A stretch of 64,000 bases of DNA, from NCBI RefSeq assembly GCF_030013595.1, contig NZ_CP122768.1; one strand, 5' to 3'. Shown piece by piece: positions 28,599 through 40,004 of the stretch. Origin of the DNA: Escherichia coli. Its GTDB lineage: Bacteria > Pseudomonadota > Gammaproteobacteria > Enterobacterales > Enterobacteriaceae. Under the pieces are notes generated by a model, which saw only the letters and a list, made by a program, of their open reading frames with translations, was not told where the DNA came from and ran no database searches. The position numbers were made by a program, and so were the translations under genes. Positions within the stretch are counted from its first letter, which is position 1, and each line of letters starts with the position of its first letter.

Positions 28599-29341
28599 AT
28601 GATACAGAGTCGAAAAATCAAAGAGTTAAAAATTTTTCTTGGAATAAATGTCTTAAAATCGTACACGAAAAATCAATGAATTACATAACATTAAAGAAGA
28701 ATATTCCAAGCCTTCTTGAGGCTACCACCTGTTTTCAGGTGTCATTCAGACGTGATTTGCCCCAGATTGGGAAAGCACGCTTTTTTCTCAGCTATCGCCC
28801 TCTTATTTTGTCGTTACATTTCTTTTTGCACTCTAATGATTAATTTACAATAATAATATCGGTAATTATTGAGTAATAATAAATTGATTATTGCAAATGT
28901 AATTTAATTCCATCTTCGCGTTATATTCCAATCTTTAATCTCCGCATGGAACAAGTTGCATGCGTGACTATATTAAGACAACTTATAACCACCGAAACAT
29001 TTGCTTTGCAAGCAAAAACAGTGACCATTGACTCTAAGAAAATTCCGATCTATTGTTAGGGTCATCAAAGTTACTTAACAGTATTCCGAAATGAAAATAC
29101 AAAGCAAGCTAATTGTCTTATTAAACATTATTATTGCATTTATATTATTTGAGCTTTTAGCTCAAAAATTTGGTTTGAGTACATTATTTTAAAGCAAGAT
29201 AAACAATATCGGGCACTCTAGTTTTTATAATTAACAATTAAACGTCCATAAAATGTTATTTACTTTTCTTCGCTATTGTCATATCTTAATATAGTGGCTT
29301 ACGCCACTCTACTTTCATCACATTTTGTACGTTTATGTACT

Positions 29342-29372
29342 CGCCATGAAGCTCTTTCATGGCGATTTTTTA
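29342..29372 (+). terminator. intrinsic terminator in the AT-rich b-region gap
   Basis: 9-bp stem CGCCATGAA/TTCATGGCG with 5-nt loop, then TTTTTT. Confidence 0.45.
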
Positions 29373-29457
29373 TTCTTAATCCAAGAACATACTCCCTACC
29401 TATAGCAAAATCACTTTTTGAACAAAAGAATAACGTATTTAGGTAATCATTACGAAT

Positions 29458-30039
29458 TTACCCTATAGGTGCTACTGGCCATTCAATATCCGGTGCAGTT
29501 GTTGTATTAACACGGTTCAGCAACACCCGATACTTTTTCCAGGCTTCCAGCAACGAGTTTTCTTCCTCCGTTGCGATTTCCAGATCTACAGCATCCTGAA
29601 GTGGCGCAATATGCTCACTGGCTACCTGCATCAGGTTGTTTTTTGTTTCTTCCGCCTCCCGGATCCGGAACAGTTTTTCTGCTTCCGTATCCTTCACCCA
29701 GGCTGTGCCGTTCCACTTCTGAAACTCCCCTTCCGGGGATAACCAGGTGACATTTTCCGGTAATGGGCCAAGTTCAGAAATAAATAACGCGTCGCCGGAA
29801 GCCACGTCATAAACCGTTTTACCCCGATGATCTTCAACGAGATGCCACGATGACTCATCACTGTTGAAAACAGCCACGAAGCCAGCCGGAATATCTGGCG
29901 GTGCAATATCGGTACTGTTTGCTGGCAGACCTGTATGAGGCGGAATATATGCATCACCTTCACCAATAAATTCATTAGTTCCGGCCAGCAGATTATAAAT
30001 TTTTATGGTCCGTGGTTGTTCACTCATTCTGAATGCCAT
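29458..30039 (-). CDS. tfa: tail fibre assembly protein
   Basis: 193 aa, lambda Tfa-like, immediately downstream of stf. Confidence 0.85.
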   Translation of the reverse strand: MAFRMSEQPRTIKIYNLLAGTNEFIGEGDAYIPPHTGLPANSTDIAPPDIPAGFVAVFNSDESSWHLVEDHRGKTVYDVASGDALFISELGPLPENVTWLSPEGEFQKWNGTAWVKDTEAEKLFRIREAEETKNNLMQVASEHIAPLQDAVDLEIATEEENSLLEAWKKYRVLLNRVNTTTAPDIEWPVAPIG

Positions 30040-33000
30040 TATGCAAGCCTCACAATATAGTTAAATGCGATGTTTTTGACGGTGTTTTCCGCGTTACCAG
30101 CAGCGTTAACGGTGATGGTGTGTCCATGTGAACCAATCGCAACCGAGTGCGTATGCGCACCAATACCTACAGTATGTGCGTGTGCACCTGCGCTTGCAGC
30201 AGTACCCGATACAGAGTGCGTATGAGCGCCTGCAGAAGAAGTGTTAACACTGTATTTAGAATAATCAGGTGATCCACTTCCCGGAGCACCTTTGGTGCCA
30301 CCTGAAACAAATGTCATCGAATGGGTATGTGCACCGGCTGAAGCAGCCGTACCGCTAACACTATGGGTATGCGCACCAGTGTTATTCGTGGATTTAGTGC
30401 CGTAATCAAACGACGATGTGGTTTTCGTCCCCAAATCCGTACTGGATACGCTGGCGCTGTGGGTGTGTGATTTAATGCCGTCCTGTTCCTGAGACAATAC
30501 GGCTCGATCACTGGCGGGCTTGCCCTTAATCGTCCAGCCACGCATATCAGGGATCACGCCTGACGGATAAGCGGCTGCAAGTTTCGGGTAAGCAGATTTG
30601 TCAAAAGTCTGCCCCTGCATCAGGGCATAACCAGACGGAACGGTATCTGATGGCCACGGGATTGGTGCGCCGACTGGGTAGCTTTCTGGTGGAAGATTTT
30701 TCGAGGTATAAACTTCTGCCCAGTCTTCCTCAAAACCATAACCGTCTCTTGAAGAACGGTAGAACAGACCACCATTTCTGTAATGCGCCTTCATCTGCAA
30801 GGTCCGGCAACTTCCGACTCCGGTATAGAAGTTAACCAGAATATAGCTGTAGCCAGAGCGGGTGACATTATAAGCGCCTGATTCGGCATTCCAGGGAACG
30901 CCACCATCCGCATCGGCATATGTATCCGTTGCCCTTCTGGCAAAAGCAGCCACATGCGCGGCGGTTAAAGTAATATCTTTGGAACCATCAAACTCAACAC
31001 CAGAAACCCGTCTTGGCGTTTGCAGCTTTGTTGCTGTTAATGCATTACCGTTCAGACTTGCGGACAGTTTGGTTCCAATAACCAGTTCGCCGGTTGCGTT
31101 ATCAATAGCAAACGGTCTTAATGTATTCCAGCTACCATAAACATCACCTTGATTGGTAAGCAGCAGGTAAGTTTTAGCGCCATCATTACGCCATAATGCA
31201 CCATACTCCCCACCTATCATTCGAATCTGATTACCACCACGCGCTACAATTTCGTCTGTGGCAAAAAGTTTTTTGCACGACAAGTTATCGTTAACGATTA
31301 ACGAATGAGACTCATAAAAACCACGCCCACTCTTAAAATCAAGGATAACGTCCGCCGCGATACATTCAGTCGCCGGATTTGTTGCCCCAAACTTATAGGT
31401 CGTATCATTAACAACGAGATCAGCACCAGGTGCGGATATTGACAGGCCATCTTCGATAAACGCAAAAACAGGGAAAGCAGCGCCATCAACATAGAACACA
31501 GAGCGCAAATCATCGCCCTTATTACTCATCATTATTGAGTGGATGGCTCGTTCATTGTTTTGATATTGCCAGAACATTCCATAAGCATAACGCCCCCTGT
31601 CAGTACAGCCACCAGGCATAACAAATCCGTTAAACTCGCAGTTATTCATCGGATCGCCTGCGGTTCGCGTTGCCGTGGTGATAATGACCCTTGATGCCAG
31701 TTCGCTTACTGAGCCAGCAGAACGCATAACAGCAACAGGGTAATATTTTCCAGATGTTGCACCTGCAGGAGCGTTAACCCGCACATAACGCATACCACGC
31801 TTATCAGCAAAGTCTGTTTTACTGACCGCGTTAATGTTGTTCAGGAAGCGTCCCTTATCGGGTATATCAGCGCCGTTCTGGTCTTTCTGCAGACGTTTCT
31901 CTGCATTGTCATAGGCTGATTTTACTGCCTTTGGCGTTGCCGCCAGCGTTTCAGACGTACTGTTGGTCGCACTGCTGAGCTGTACTACCCCCTTTTTCGT
32001 CGTGCTCGCATCCTCAAGCGCCACGGCGGACGCAATATCCTCTGCCCGTTTTGCCGCTGTCTCGGCGCGCGTTGCCGCGGATTCCGCCGTACTTTTGCTC
32101 TGTGCTGCCGCCGTCGCACTGCCAGCTGCCTCTGTCGCCTTCGTGGATGCTGTCGTGGCGCTGCCCTTCGCTGCGGACGCTTGTCTGGTCGCCTCATCTT
32201 TTGAAGCAGACGCCGATGATGCCGATGACGCCGCCGAACTGGCGGACGATGCCGCTGCCGTTTTTGAGGATTCTGCACGGGTTTCCGACGCTTTCGCGTT
32301 CGTTTCGGATGTCTTCGCTGCGGAAGCTGACCTCGCTGCTGCCGTGGCCTGCTCAGTGGCTTCGCCAGCCTTCGTTGTGGCTGTTGAAGCGGATGATGCG
32401 GCGCTTTCTGCCGATTTTCCGGCGGCGGTGGCACTGGCTGAGGCCTGCCCGGCACTTGTTGACGCGGCACTGGCAGACGACGCAGCCGCTGTTTTTGAGC
32501 CTGCCGCAGCTGAGGCGCTCTGTCCCGCTGCCGTCTCAGAAGACCTGGCGTTCGTCTCGGACGTTTTTGCCGCCTTCGCGGAATTTCCTGCCGCCGTTGC
32601 CGAGGAAGCTGCGCTACTGGCGCTCAAGGATGCGTTCGTTTCTGATGATTTCGCTGCCTCTTTTGAGGCCGCCGCATCCCGGGCTGAGGTGGCAGCTTCT
32701 GACGCCTTTGTGGTCGCTGCGGATGCAGAAGTGGCTGCAGATTTTTGTGACGCTGCCGCATTCGTTTCTGACGTTTTCGCCGCAGCGGCACTGGTGGCCG
32801 CCGCGCTTTTTGAGGACTCTGCAGCGGCAGCACTTTTTGATGCTTCAGTGGCCTTTGTTGATGCCGTTCCTGCGCTGGAAGACGCTGACTGAGCCGACGA
32901 AGCGGCCTGTCCGGCTGACGTGCTGGCTGCGCGTGCTGAGCCTGCAGCATCAGTCGCATGGGTTGCCGCCTCACGGGCAGATGTGCCGGCATCGCCGGCT

Positions 33001-33395
33001 GACTTCTTCGCGGCTGCCGTGTTCTGTGCCACCACGGACGCGTTACGCGCCACCTCTTCCACCATCAGCTCAAAACGGCGCAGTGCCTCCGGACGGGCAT
33101 CATCCTCCGTCATGGCACCGAGAAAATCATTCAGCGTACCGGGTCGGGAATCTTCATACACTGTGATAGTCCCGGCATGTGACGGCGGGAATCCTTCCAC
33201 CAACAGAATAACGCTGTACTGACCGTACTCAACGTCCATACTGTAACGCCCGGCTTCATCCGGATTTTCTGAGGCCAGCGTGTTCACCACCACCGTGGTG
33301 CTGTTACGTTTTGCTTTCAGCTGGATTGTGCAGTTCTGTACCGGTTTTCCTGTGCCGTCTTTCAGTACACCTGAAATCTTTACTGCCATATTCAC
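30039..33395 (-). CDS. stf: side tail fibre protein with long Ala/Ser/Thr-rich repeat region
   Basis: 1118 aa; lambda Stf-like N-terminus, ~350 aa low-complexity tract, C-terminal repeated HTHS motifs. Confidence 0.85.
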   Translation of the reverse strand: MNMAVKISGVLKDGTGKPVQNCTIQLKAKRNSTTVVVNTLASENPDEAGRYSMDVEYGQYSVILLVEGFPPSHAGTITVYEDSRPGTLNDFLGAMTEDDARPEALRRFELMVEEVARNASVVAQNTAAAKKSAGDAGTSAREAATHATDAAGSARAASTSAGQAASSAQSASSSAGTASTKATEASKSAAAAESSKSAAATSAAAAKTSETNAAASQKSAATSASAATTKASEAATSARDAAASKEAAKSSETNASLSASSAASSATAAGNSAKAAKTSETNARSSETAAGQSASAAAGSKTAAASSASAASTSAGQASASATAAGKSAESAASSASTATTKAGEATEQATAAARSASAAKTSETNAKASETRAESSKTAAASSASSAASSASSASASKDEATRQASAAKGSATTASTKATEAAGSATAAAQSKSTAESAATRAETAAKRAEDIASAVALEDASTTKKGVVQLSSATNSTSETLAATPKAVKSAYDNAEKRLQKDQNGADIPDKGRFLNNINAVSKTDFADKRGMRYVRVNAPAGATSGKYYPVAVMRSAGSVSELASRVIITTATRTAGDPMNNCEFNGFVMPGGCTDRGRYAYGMFWQYQNNERAIHSIMMSNKGDDLRSVFYVDGAAFPVFAFIEDGLSISAPGADLVVNDTTYKFGATNPATECIAADVILDFKSGRGFYESHSLIVNDNLSCKKLFATDEIVARGGNQIRMIGGEYGALWRNDGAKTYLLLTNQGDVYGSWNTLRPFAIDNATGELVIGTKLSASLNGNALTATKLQTPRRVSGVEFDGSKDITLTAAHVAAFARRATDTYADADGGVPWNAESGAYNVTRSGYSYILVNFYTGVGSCRTLQMKAHYRNGGLFYRSSRDGYGFEEDWAEVYTSKNLPPESYPVGAPIPWPSDTVPSGYALMQGQTFDKSAYPKLAAAYPSGVIPDMRGWTIKGKPASDRAVLSQEQDGIKSHTHSASVSSTDLGTKTTSSFDYGTKSTNNTGAHTHSVSGTAASAGAHTHSMTFVSGGTKGAPGSGSPDYSKYSVNTSSAGAHTHSVSGTAASAGAHAHTVGIGAHTHSVAIGSHGHTITVNAAGNAENTVKNIAFNYIVRLA

Positions 33396-33453
33396 CCCAC
33401 AAAAAAGCCCGCCTGAACCGGCGGGCTGTCATAACACTGTGTTACCTGGCTAA

Positions 33454-34053
33454 TCAGAATTTATAACCGACACCCACGATGAACCCGTCAGTGCGCCAGT
33501 CACCGCTGCCGGAGCCTTCATAAGCGACGTCAACGGCCACGGATTCGGTCGGGTTAAACTGCACGCCAGCTCCCCACGCCAGAGACGTGTTGCTGTGGCG
33601 ACCGTCATCACTTCCGGTCAGCACATCGTGCGTTTTCCCCTTGTTGTCAGTTACGCGGATATAATCTCCGGAGAAAGTCGACACACGGCTGTAAGCCATA
33701 CCCGCCATCGCATACGCGCTGAACCATTCATTCACGCGCACAGACGGCCCCGCCATCACGCTGAACCAGCGGTTACGCACGGAATCTTCATGCCAGCGGG
33801 TATCGCTGTAATGCGTTTTTTGCTCATCTTCAGCGTTGGTATAACTGAATGACGTAATCAGCCCCAGCGTGTCCGTAAACTCATAACGGTATTTCACGTT
33901 AATCCCGTTCAGATTATCGCTGCCGGGAGCGTTCGTACGGGCATGAAGATACCCTGCGCTCAGTGTGGCCTGCTGCTCAGACGCCCATGCAGGCGCACCG
34001 GATACGGCCAGACAGATGGCTGCGGACAAAATGGCTGCACAAACTTTACGCAT
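33454..34053 (-). CDS. lom: Lom/Ail-family outer membrane protein
   Basis: 199 aa; signal peptide; C-terminus YEGSGSGDWRTDGFIVGVGYKF as in lambda Lom. Confidence 0.85.
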   Translation of the reverse strand: MRKVCAAILSAAICLAVSGAPAWASEQQATLSAGYLHARTNAPGSDNLNGINVKYRYEFTDTLGLITSFSYTNAEDEQKTHYSDTRWHEDSVRNRWFSVMAGPSVRVNEWFSAYAMAGMAYSRVSTFSGDYIRVTDNKGKTHDVLTGSDDGRHSNTSLAWGAGVQFNPTESVAVDVAYEGSGSGDWRTDGFIVGVGYKF

Positions 34054-34072
34054 AATTACCTCTCGCTTTTCT

Positions 34073-34101
34073 GCAATAAAAAAGGCGCCATTTCTGGCGC
34101 C
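34073..34101 (-). terminator. intrinsic terminator downstream of J
   Basis: minus-strand hairpin GGCGCCAGAAATGGCGCC followed by TTTTTTATT. Confidence 0.5.
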
Positions 34102-34120
34102 CGTATATGGGTTATAAAAT

Positions 34121-37100
34121 TCAGCTGATACTGATGCCTGCGGTGGCTTTCTTCATCACCACAACCAGCAAATCGCTGATACTTGCTGTGGGATACCAGT
34201 TATTTACCAGCCATGCTGACACCGAAAACTCCAGTGTCATGTGACCGTGACCGGCAGGCATATCAATAACACCACTGTAAATCAGCGTATTATCCAGCGC
34301 GGTACGGTTATAAATTTCAGCACCGTTTTTCCGTACTATCAGACGGCATGAGGAGTAAATATCAGTATGCTCTTTCTCATGTTTAGCGCCGCTGAATGCC
34401 ACCGCCGGAATAACAATCTGCCGGTCAAACGGCTGATCGTCATAAACCCTGACGGTGATGGTCCCTGATGGCCACCGTTCCGGTGCACGGGAGTCCCGGG
34501 GGAAAGCTTTGCCCACTGTTTTAACGAGATCGCCTTCAATCTGGTTCGCGGACAGTTTTCCCAGAACCCGACAGTTCTCGTTAATCGTGACGTTGTTGAG
34601 CGTCCCGGAGTTCGCATTCACGTTACCGCTGATATCGGCATTTTTCGCCGTCAGCCGCCCGTCCGGTGTCAGGGAAAATGCCGGTGGATTTCCGCCGCTG
34701 GTAATGGTGGGAGCCGTCAGGCGTTTCAGGAACACGTCGTTCATGAATATCTGATCGCCCTGACCAACAAACATCGGCTTTGTGTTGCCATTCGCAGGAT
34801 TAATCATCGCAATCCGGTCAGCAGCCAGAAGCACCTGACTCTGCATACCTGCTGGCGTATTCTCAATACCGGCTCCGATACCCGCAATATAAAGGCGTCC
34901 GTCCTTCATCTGCTGCAGTTTCACGGCCCACATGCTGTTCAGGTTATTATTTGTATCAACCTGAACTTTCTGTATCTGCTGGATTGCCGCGCTCTGATTT
35001 TCCAGTTTCTTATTGACGGTCTGTGTGATTTCATTGCTGACATCCGTAATGGACGTCCTGATTTCAGCCAGGTCAGGCGCAAGCTGATCGTTATCAATCT
35101 GCGTCCACAGCTCCTGAGCCAGATGGGTTTTCCCTATCTCGCCTTTGAAAAAATCCAGATAGCCGGATGCGTCATCACTCGGCTGACCGACAGCCTCCAC
35201 GAATGCCGATTTGCCAACAGTGTTCACACTGCGAACGTAAAAATAATAATCATGGCCCGGCTTAATATTGATACTGGCAGCTATCCAGTACAGCGCCGTA
35301 CCAAGATAGCGCGCTGTGGTTTCAACCTGCCTGATATCCGCAATCCGCTTTTCCGAGAACCAGAACTCAAACTGTACCGTCGGATCATAAACGGCAAGAT
35401 GCGGCGTGGCGGTTATCTGAAAATAGCCCGGCGTCAGCTCAATCCGCGACGGTGCTGCCGGTGCGGCAATCCGGAACGATACCGATGCCGGATCGCCCTG
35501 CTGTCCCCACGCATTTACCGCCCGGACTGTCAGCCTGTAGTTCCCCAGCGCCAGCTGCCTGAAGCGGTATGTGGTTTCCGTCGTCCGGGCCGTGCTGACC
35601 AGCCGCTCACTGCCGTCATCGGCGGCCACGGTCAGGCGAAGCATAAAGCTCACACCCTTCACCACCTTCGGCGTGTCCCAGCGCGCCAGCACCTGATACT
35701 CCCCACTGTCTGCGGTGACTTCTGCGGTCAGGTGCTGCACCGCTGGCGGCGTGACACCATTCACCGTGCCGCTCTGGTCGCCGTCAAAGTGCGCCCCGTT
35801 ATCCACGATGGCTTCTTTCTCCGGTACATGCTGCACGGCAGTGATGGCATACGTGCCGTCATCGTTCTCACGGATACTCACACAGCGGAACAGGCGCTGG
35901 CGCAACGTCGGCAGCTTCAGCCCCCACACGCTGTATTCTGCAACGCCGTCAGGAACACGGCTCACTTTCACCTTCACACCGTCGGTGACGGACTGAACCT
36001 CCACGCTGACCGGATTGCCACTTCCGTCAACCAGGCTTATCAGCGTGGTACCGGAGGATGGCAGCGTGATTTCACGGTCGAGCGTCAGCGTCCGGGTCTG
36101 GCTGTTCACCGCCAGCACGCGCCCGCCGGTGCTGATACCGGCATAGTCATCATCGCAGATTTCAATGACATCGCCCGGCACATGGCGAAGCCCTTCTGCG
36201 CCCACGCTGAAATCCACGGTCTGCGTTTCCAGCAGTTCCGTTTTAATCAGCCACAGCCCGGCGCGGTGTGCCTGCCCCCGGCTGGTACAGCCAAAGGCAT
36301 CCATCTTCGTAACATTACGACCGTAACGGGCAATGGCCTGCGTATCTTCAACAAGCTCTGTCGCCGTCTCCCAGCCGTTATCCGGGTCAATCCAGTTCAC
36401 CTCAACGGCATTATGGCGGTCCTTCAGGGCGCTGAAGCTGTAGCGGAACGGCGCGCCATCATCCGGCATCACCACATTACTGCGGTTATAGGTCCACACC
36501 TTATCCGACGGTCGGTCCTGCACGAACGTCAGCGTCTGCCCGTTCCATACCGGCATACAGCGCATCGCCGAGCAGAAATCGCTGAGCACATCCCACGCCT
36601 TACGTTGTGTGGTCAGCCAGGCATTACAGGTGATGCGCGGCTCCGTGCCGCCAAAACCGTCCGGCACCGACTGGTCGCAGTACTGGCCGATGACATACAG
36701 CGCCCATTTATCCACATCTGCCGCACCAAGACGTTTCCCCATGCCGTAGCGCGGATGGGTCAGCATATCCCACAGACACCAGGCCATGTTGTTGCTGTAT
36801 GCTGGCTTAAACGTTCCATCCCAGATACCGCTGTATTGCCGCGTCTGCGGGTTATAGTTCGACGGCACCTGCAGAATGCGCCCGCGCAGATGATAATTAC
36901 GGCTCACCTGCTGGCTGCCGAACTGCTCCGAGTCCACCTGCACGCCGACCAGTGCCGTGTTCGGGTAGCACTGTTTCACATCTATAATTTCGGTGTATGA
37001 CGACCAGAGCGTTTTGTTCTGCAGCTGGTCTGTGGTGCTGTCCGGCGTCATCCTGCGCATCCGGATACTGAACGGGCGCGGCGGCAGGTTATCCACCACC

Positions 37101-37600
37101 ACCGAGGCCAGATACTGCGAGGTGGTTTTGCCCTTAATGGTGATGTCTTTTTCCGTCACCCAGCCACCGTTACGTTGTATCTGAACCAGCAGGCGGACTT
37201 CCGATGGATTCCTGTCACCCTTTGAGGTGGTTTCCACCAGTGCCTGCACACCGAAGGTAAAGCGCAGTCGGTCGATGTTTGCCGACGTGATGGCGCGGGT
37301 GATCGGCGTGTCGTATTTCACTTCCGTACCCAGCACCGTCTCGGAGCCGGAGGATTCAAATCCCTCCGGCGGAGTCTGCTCCTGCTCACCAGCCCGGAAC
37401 ACCACCGTGACACCGGCGATGTTGGTATTCCCCTCACTGTCCAGCACCGGCGTACTGTTCAGCAGCACGCTTTTTAATCCATCCACCGGACCTTCAATCG
37501 GCCCTTCACTGATGGCATCAATCACACTCAGCAACTGCGTGGATTTCAGGTTGTCCTTCGCTTCGCGCGGGGTATGCCCCTTACTGCTGCCTTTACCCAT
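34121..37600 (-). CDS. J: tail tip host-specificity protein J
   Basis: 1159 aa; N-terminal ~900 aa near-identical to remembered lambda J; C-terminal part divergent. Confidence 0.9.
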   Translation of the reverse strand: MGKGSSKGHTPREAKDNLKSTQLLSVIDAISEGPIEGPVDGLKSVLLNSTPVLDSEGNTNIAGVTVVFRAGEQEQTPPEGFESSGSETVLGTEVKYDTPITRAITSANIDRLRFTFGVQALVETTSKGDRNPSEVRLLVQIQRNGGWVTEKDITIKGKTTSQYLASVVVDNLPPRPFSIRMRRMTPDSTTDQLQNKTLWSSYTEIIDVKQCYPNTALVGVQVDSEQFGSQQVSRNYHLRGRILQVPSNYNPQTRQYSGIWDGTFKPAYSNNMAWCLWDMLTHPRYGMGKRLGAADVDKWALYVIGQYCDQSVPDGFGGTEPRITCNAWLTTQRKAWDVLSDFCSAMRCMPVWNGQTLTFVQDRPSDKVWTYNRSNVVMPDDGAPFRYSFSALKDRHNAVEVNWIDPDNGWETATELVEDTQAIARYGRNVTKMDAFGCTSRGQAHRAGLWLIKTELLETQTVDFSVGAEGLRHVPGDVIEICDDDYAGISTGGRVLAVNSQTRTLTLDREITLPSSGTTLISLVDGSGNPVSVEVQSVTDGVKVKVSRVPDGVAEYSVWGLKLPTLRQRLFRCVSIRENDDGTYAITAVQHVPEKEAIVDNGAHFDGDQSGTVNGVTPPAVQHLTAEVTADSGEYQVLARWDTPKVVKGVSFMLRLTVAADDGSERLVSTARTTETTYRFRQLALGNYRLTVRAVNAWGQQGDPASVSFRIAAPAAPSRIELTPGYFQITATPHLAVYDPTVQFEFWFSEKRIADIRQVETTARYLGTALYWIAASINIKPGHDYYFYVRSVNTVGKSAFVEAVGQPSDDASGYLDFFKGEIGKTHLAQELWTQIDNDQLAPDLAEIRTSITDVSNEITQTVNKKLENQSAAIQQIQKVQVDTNNNLNSMWAVKLQQMKDGRLYIAGIGAGIENTPAGMQSQVLLAADRIAMINPANGNTKPMFVGQGDQIFMNDVFLKRLTAPTITSGGNPPAFSLTPDGRLTAKNADISGNVNANSGTLNNVTINENCRVLGKLSANQIEGDLVKTVGKAFPRDSRAPERWPSGTITVRVYDDQPFDRQIVIPAVAFSGAKHEKEHTDIYSSCRLIVRKNGAEIYNRTALDNTLIYSGVIDMPAGHGHMTLEFSVSAWLVNNWYPTASISDLLVVVMKKATAGISIS

Positions 37601-37671
37601 TCGTCACGCTCCATAAACGACAAAACCGCCCGCAGGCGGTTTCACATAAAACATTTTTCATCAGCGACCAA

Positions 37672-38331
37672 TCACCACAACCTGACCACCATCACCTTCA
37701 TCTGCTGTGCTGATCTCCTGAGATACCACCCGCGACCCCACACGCATTTCACCGTACAGAACGGGCAGGACATTGCCCTGGGCAACCATATTATCCAGTG
37801 AAGAAAAATAGGTGTTCTGTTTGCCGTTATCCGTTGTCTGTGTGCGGGGGTTTTGGGTTTAGGGGCCAGCATCTGCGCCACACCACCGAGCACCATACTG
37901 GCACCGAGAGAAAACAGGATACCGGTCATACCACCGGCCCCAATGGCTGCCCCCCATGCTGCAAGGGTGGCTCCGGCAGTAAAGAATGATCCGGCAATGG
38001 CGGCAGCCCCCAGAACAATCTGGAATACGCCCCCTGACTTGGCCCCGGCGACTCTGGGAACAATATGAATCACAGCGCCGTCAGGCAGAGTCTCATGTAA
38101 CTGCGCCGTTAACCCGGACGTGCTGACGTCCCGCCCGGCAATCCGTACCTGATACCAGCCGTCGCTCAGTTTCTGACGAAACGCCGGGAGCTGTGTGGCC
38201 AGTGCGCGGATGGCTTCAGCCCCCGTTTTCACACGAAGGTCGATGCGGCGGCCAAATCGTTGCAAATCCCCGTAAAGGCAGATGCGTGCCATTCCCGGTG
38301 ACGCCAGAGGGAGTGTGTGCGTCGCTGCCAT
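37672..38331 (-). CDS. I: tail tip assembly protein I, C-terminus frameshifted relative to lambda gpI (possible pseudogene)
   Basis: first ~160 aa match lambda gpI; after a C-run near 37845-37850 the ORF leaves the frame that encodes the conserved ...SLDNMVAQGNVLPVLYGEMRVGSRVVSQEISTADEGDGGQVVVIGR (stop at 37661). Confidence 0.7.
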   Translation of the reverse strand: MAATHTLPLASPGMARICLYGDLQRFGRRIDLRVKTGAEAIRALATQLPAFRQKLSDGWYQVRIAGRDVSTSGLTAQLHETLPDGAVIHIVPRVAGAKSGGVFQIVLGAAAIAGSFFTAGATLAAWGAAIGAGGMTGILFSLGASMVLGGVAQMLAPKPKTPAHRQRITANRTPIFLHWIIWLPRAMSCPFCTVKCVWGRGWYLRRSAQQMKVMVVRLW

Positions 38332-38972
38332 TTGTCGGTGTACCTCTCTCGTTTGCTCAGTTGTTCAGGAATATGGTGCAGCAGCTCGCTGTCACCACAG
38401 TAAATGGCGGCATGATTCGGCACCGATGAACCAAAACAGCACAGCAGCACATCGCCCGGCTGCGCCGCTGACAACGGCACCTGATACAGCCCTGTGGCCT
38501 CCAGATTATCCAGATAGAGATTCTGACCGTTACGCCACCAGTCATCCTCGCGATGAAAATCCGGCATCTCAATCCCCGCCAGATGGTAAGCATCCCGGAA
38601 CAGCGTGTAACAGTCCGTCACCCCGTGCTCAAAGCGCCGCCCGGTGAGATGCGGCACACAGCGGAACTTGTGAATCGCCCCCCGGCAGACCAGCCACCAC
38701 GGCAAATCACTCTGCACCTGCAGCCGCCGGTCAGCCTCACTCAGCCAGGGCAGACCACCGGGATGACTGTGGACCAGTGCCACAATCTCACCCTGCATCT
38801 CTGCCTGCAGCCAGTCCTCCGGAGCCATCCGGAAATAATCCTCCGGCTCACCGGAAATATTCACGCAGGGAAAATATCTTTCCCCCTCCGGCGCTCTCAC
38901 CACGAAGCCGCACGACTCCGCTGGCGCACATCGCCGGGCGTGCGCCAGAATCGCTGATTCTGTCTCTGTCAT
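38229..38972 (-). CDS. K: tail tip assembly protein K (MPN + NlpC/P60 domains)
   Basis: lambda gpK-like from MTETESAIL; true start may be internal (lambda K is annotated shorter); 3' end overlaps I. Confidence 0.85.
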   Translation of the reverse strand: MTETESAILAHARRCAPAESCGFVVRAPEGERYFPCVNISGEPEDYFRMAPEDWLQAEMQGEIVALVHSHPGGLPWLSEADRRLQVQSDLPWWLVCRGAIHKFRCVPHLTGRRFEHGVTDCYTLFRDAYHLAGIEMPDFHREDDWWRNGQNLYLDNLEATGLYQVPLSAAQPGDVLLCCFGSSVPNHAAIYCGDSELLHHIPEQLSKRERYTDKWQRRTHSLWRHREWHASAFTGICNDLAAASTFV

Positions 38973-38976
38973 GGGA

Positions 38977-39675
38977 TTACTGCGAAAGTTTGTTAATGGA
39001 AAGGAAGCCGCCAAAGTTGCCGACGTTATTGCGAAACTTACAGCCGCTCAGGCATTTGCTGCATTTATCCTTCGTGATATCGGACGTCGGCTGGTCATAT
39101 TCATCCGCGACTGCCGGACCGTGATAACCGCACTCATCACCGCGATAGGTCCAGGTGCAGGTGTTGGCCAGCATGATACGTCCCGGAAAAACAGCGCCAT
39201 CCGTTTCCGTCGGCGTGGACAGTACAAAGGAGGCACTCACCGCGCTCAGTTCGCTGCACTGCTCGATGCGCCAGCGGCTGATCACCTCCTGCTCCGGATC
39301 GGCGTCACTGTTTCCGTTGACGAAGTTCACCGCATCCAGAAAACGGGCGTAAACCTTACGCCGGACCACCGTTCCGCCGACCAGACTCTGCAGATCTTCC
39401 GCCATCCCGGTGACCATACCGTACAGGTTAGAAACCGTCAGCGTGGGGCGCGTACTGGTGCCTTTGCCATTCAGTTCAAAACCACTCCCCTGAATGGGAT
39501 ACGGCTGATACTGTCGCCCCTGCCAGGTGACCGGCACACCTTTTTCGTTCTGCTCATTACAGAAAAAATAACGTTCTCCACCGACCTCTGTCAGGTCGAT
39601 TTCCCAGAGCACCACGCTGGCCGACTGCTCCGCACGGGTGCATTCATTCAGTGTTTCCTGCCGGATATCCTGCAT
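38977..39675 (-). CDS. L: tail tip protein L
   Basis: 232 aa, lambda gpL-like, Cys-rich C-terminus. Confidence 0.9.
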   Translation of the reverse strand: MQDIRQETLNECTRAEQSASVVLWEIDLTEVGGERYFFCNEQNEKGVPVTWQGRQYQPYPIQGSGFELNGKGTSTRPTLTVSNLYGMVTGMAEDLQSLVGGTVVRRKVYARFLDAVNFVNGNSDADPEQEVISRWRIEQCSELSAVSASFVLSTPTETDGAVFPGRIMLANTCTWTYRGDECGYHGPAVADEYDQPTSDITKDKCSKCLSGCKFRNNVGNFGGFLSINKLSQ

Positions 39676-40004
39676 CAGTTCACCACCTGTTCAAACTCTG
39701 CGCTGAACTCAACACGCAGCATACTGACCCGCGACGACCATTTTGCGCAGGTCACCTTTATCTGCCGCCACTCATAAGGCGGCGTCCACAGAAAGGCTTT
39801 CCAGCCCCCGTGCTCTTCCAGAAACGACTCCAGTACCGTGGCCTCCTCACGGGGGACAGAAAGCGTCACGCTGTACGTTTTCAGGTTGGCATTCAGCCCG
39901 GCAGGCGCTCGCTGGGAATAGCCATCACCAAAGCGCACCTTTCTTACAGAAGGGGCCGAAGCCACATCCATACCGGGTTTCACTTTCCAGCGGAAGGTTT
40001 TCAT
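39675..40004 (-). CDS. M: tail tip protein M
   Basis: 109 aa, lambda gpM-like. Confidence 0.9.
   Translation of the reverse strand: MKTFRWKVKPGMDVASAPSVRKVRFGDGYSQRAPAGLNANLKTYSVTLSVPREEATVLESFLEEHGGWKAFLWTPPYEWRQIKVTCAKWSSRVSMLRVEFSAEFEQVVN

Noticed and set aside
28322-28666. 114-aa minus-strand ORF spanning the tRNA-Ser fragment
   Set aside because: Reads through a tRNA-derived sequence and AT-rich spacer; no start context; the tRNA fragment explains the region better.
31963-33166. Large plus-strand ORFs (309, 371, 161 and 122 aa) antisense to stf
   Set aside because: Artefacts of the GC-rich Ala/Ser/Thr repeat tract, which is stop-free in several frames; proteins are low-complexity Ala/Pro/Arg strings and the opposite strand encodes a recognisable tail fibre.
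35123-37000. 625-aa plus-strand ORF antisense to J
   Set aside because: Lies wholly inside the conserved J gene on the other strand; Arg/His/Pro-rich nonsense composition typical of an antisense frame in GC-rich coding DNA.
38229-38331. ~100-nt overlap between K and I as a possible second frameshift
   Set aside because: The K C-terminus reads as a coherent NlpC/P60 domain to its stop, and lambda K and I also overlap; only gene I shows a frame break.
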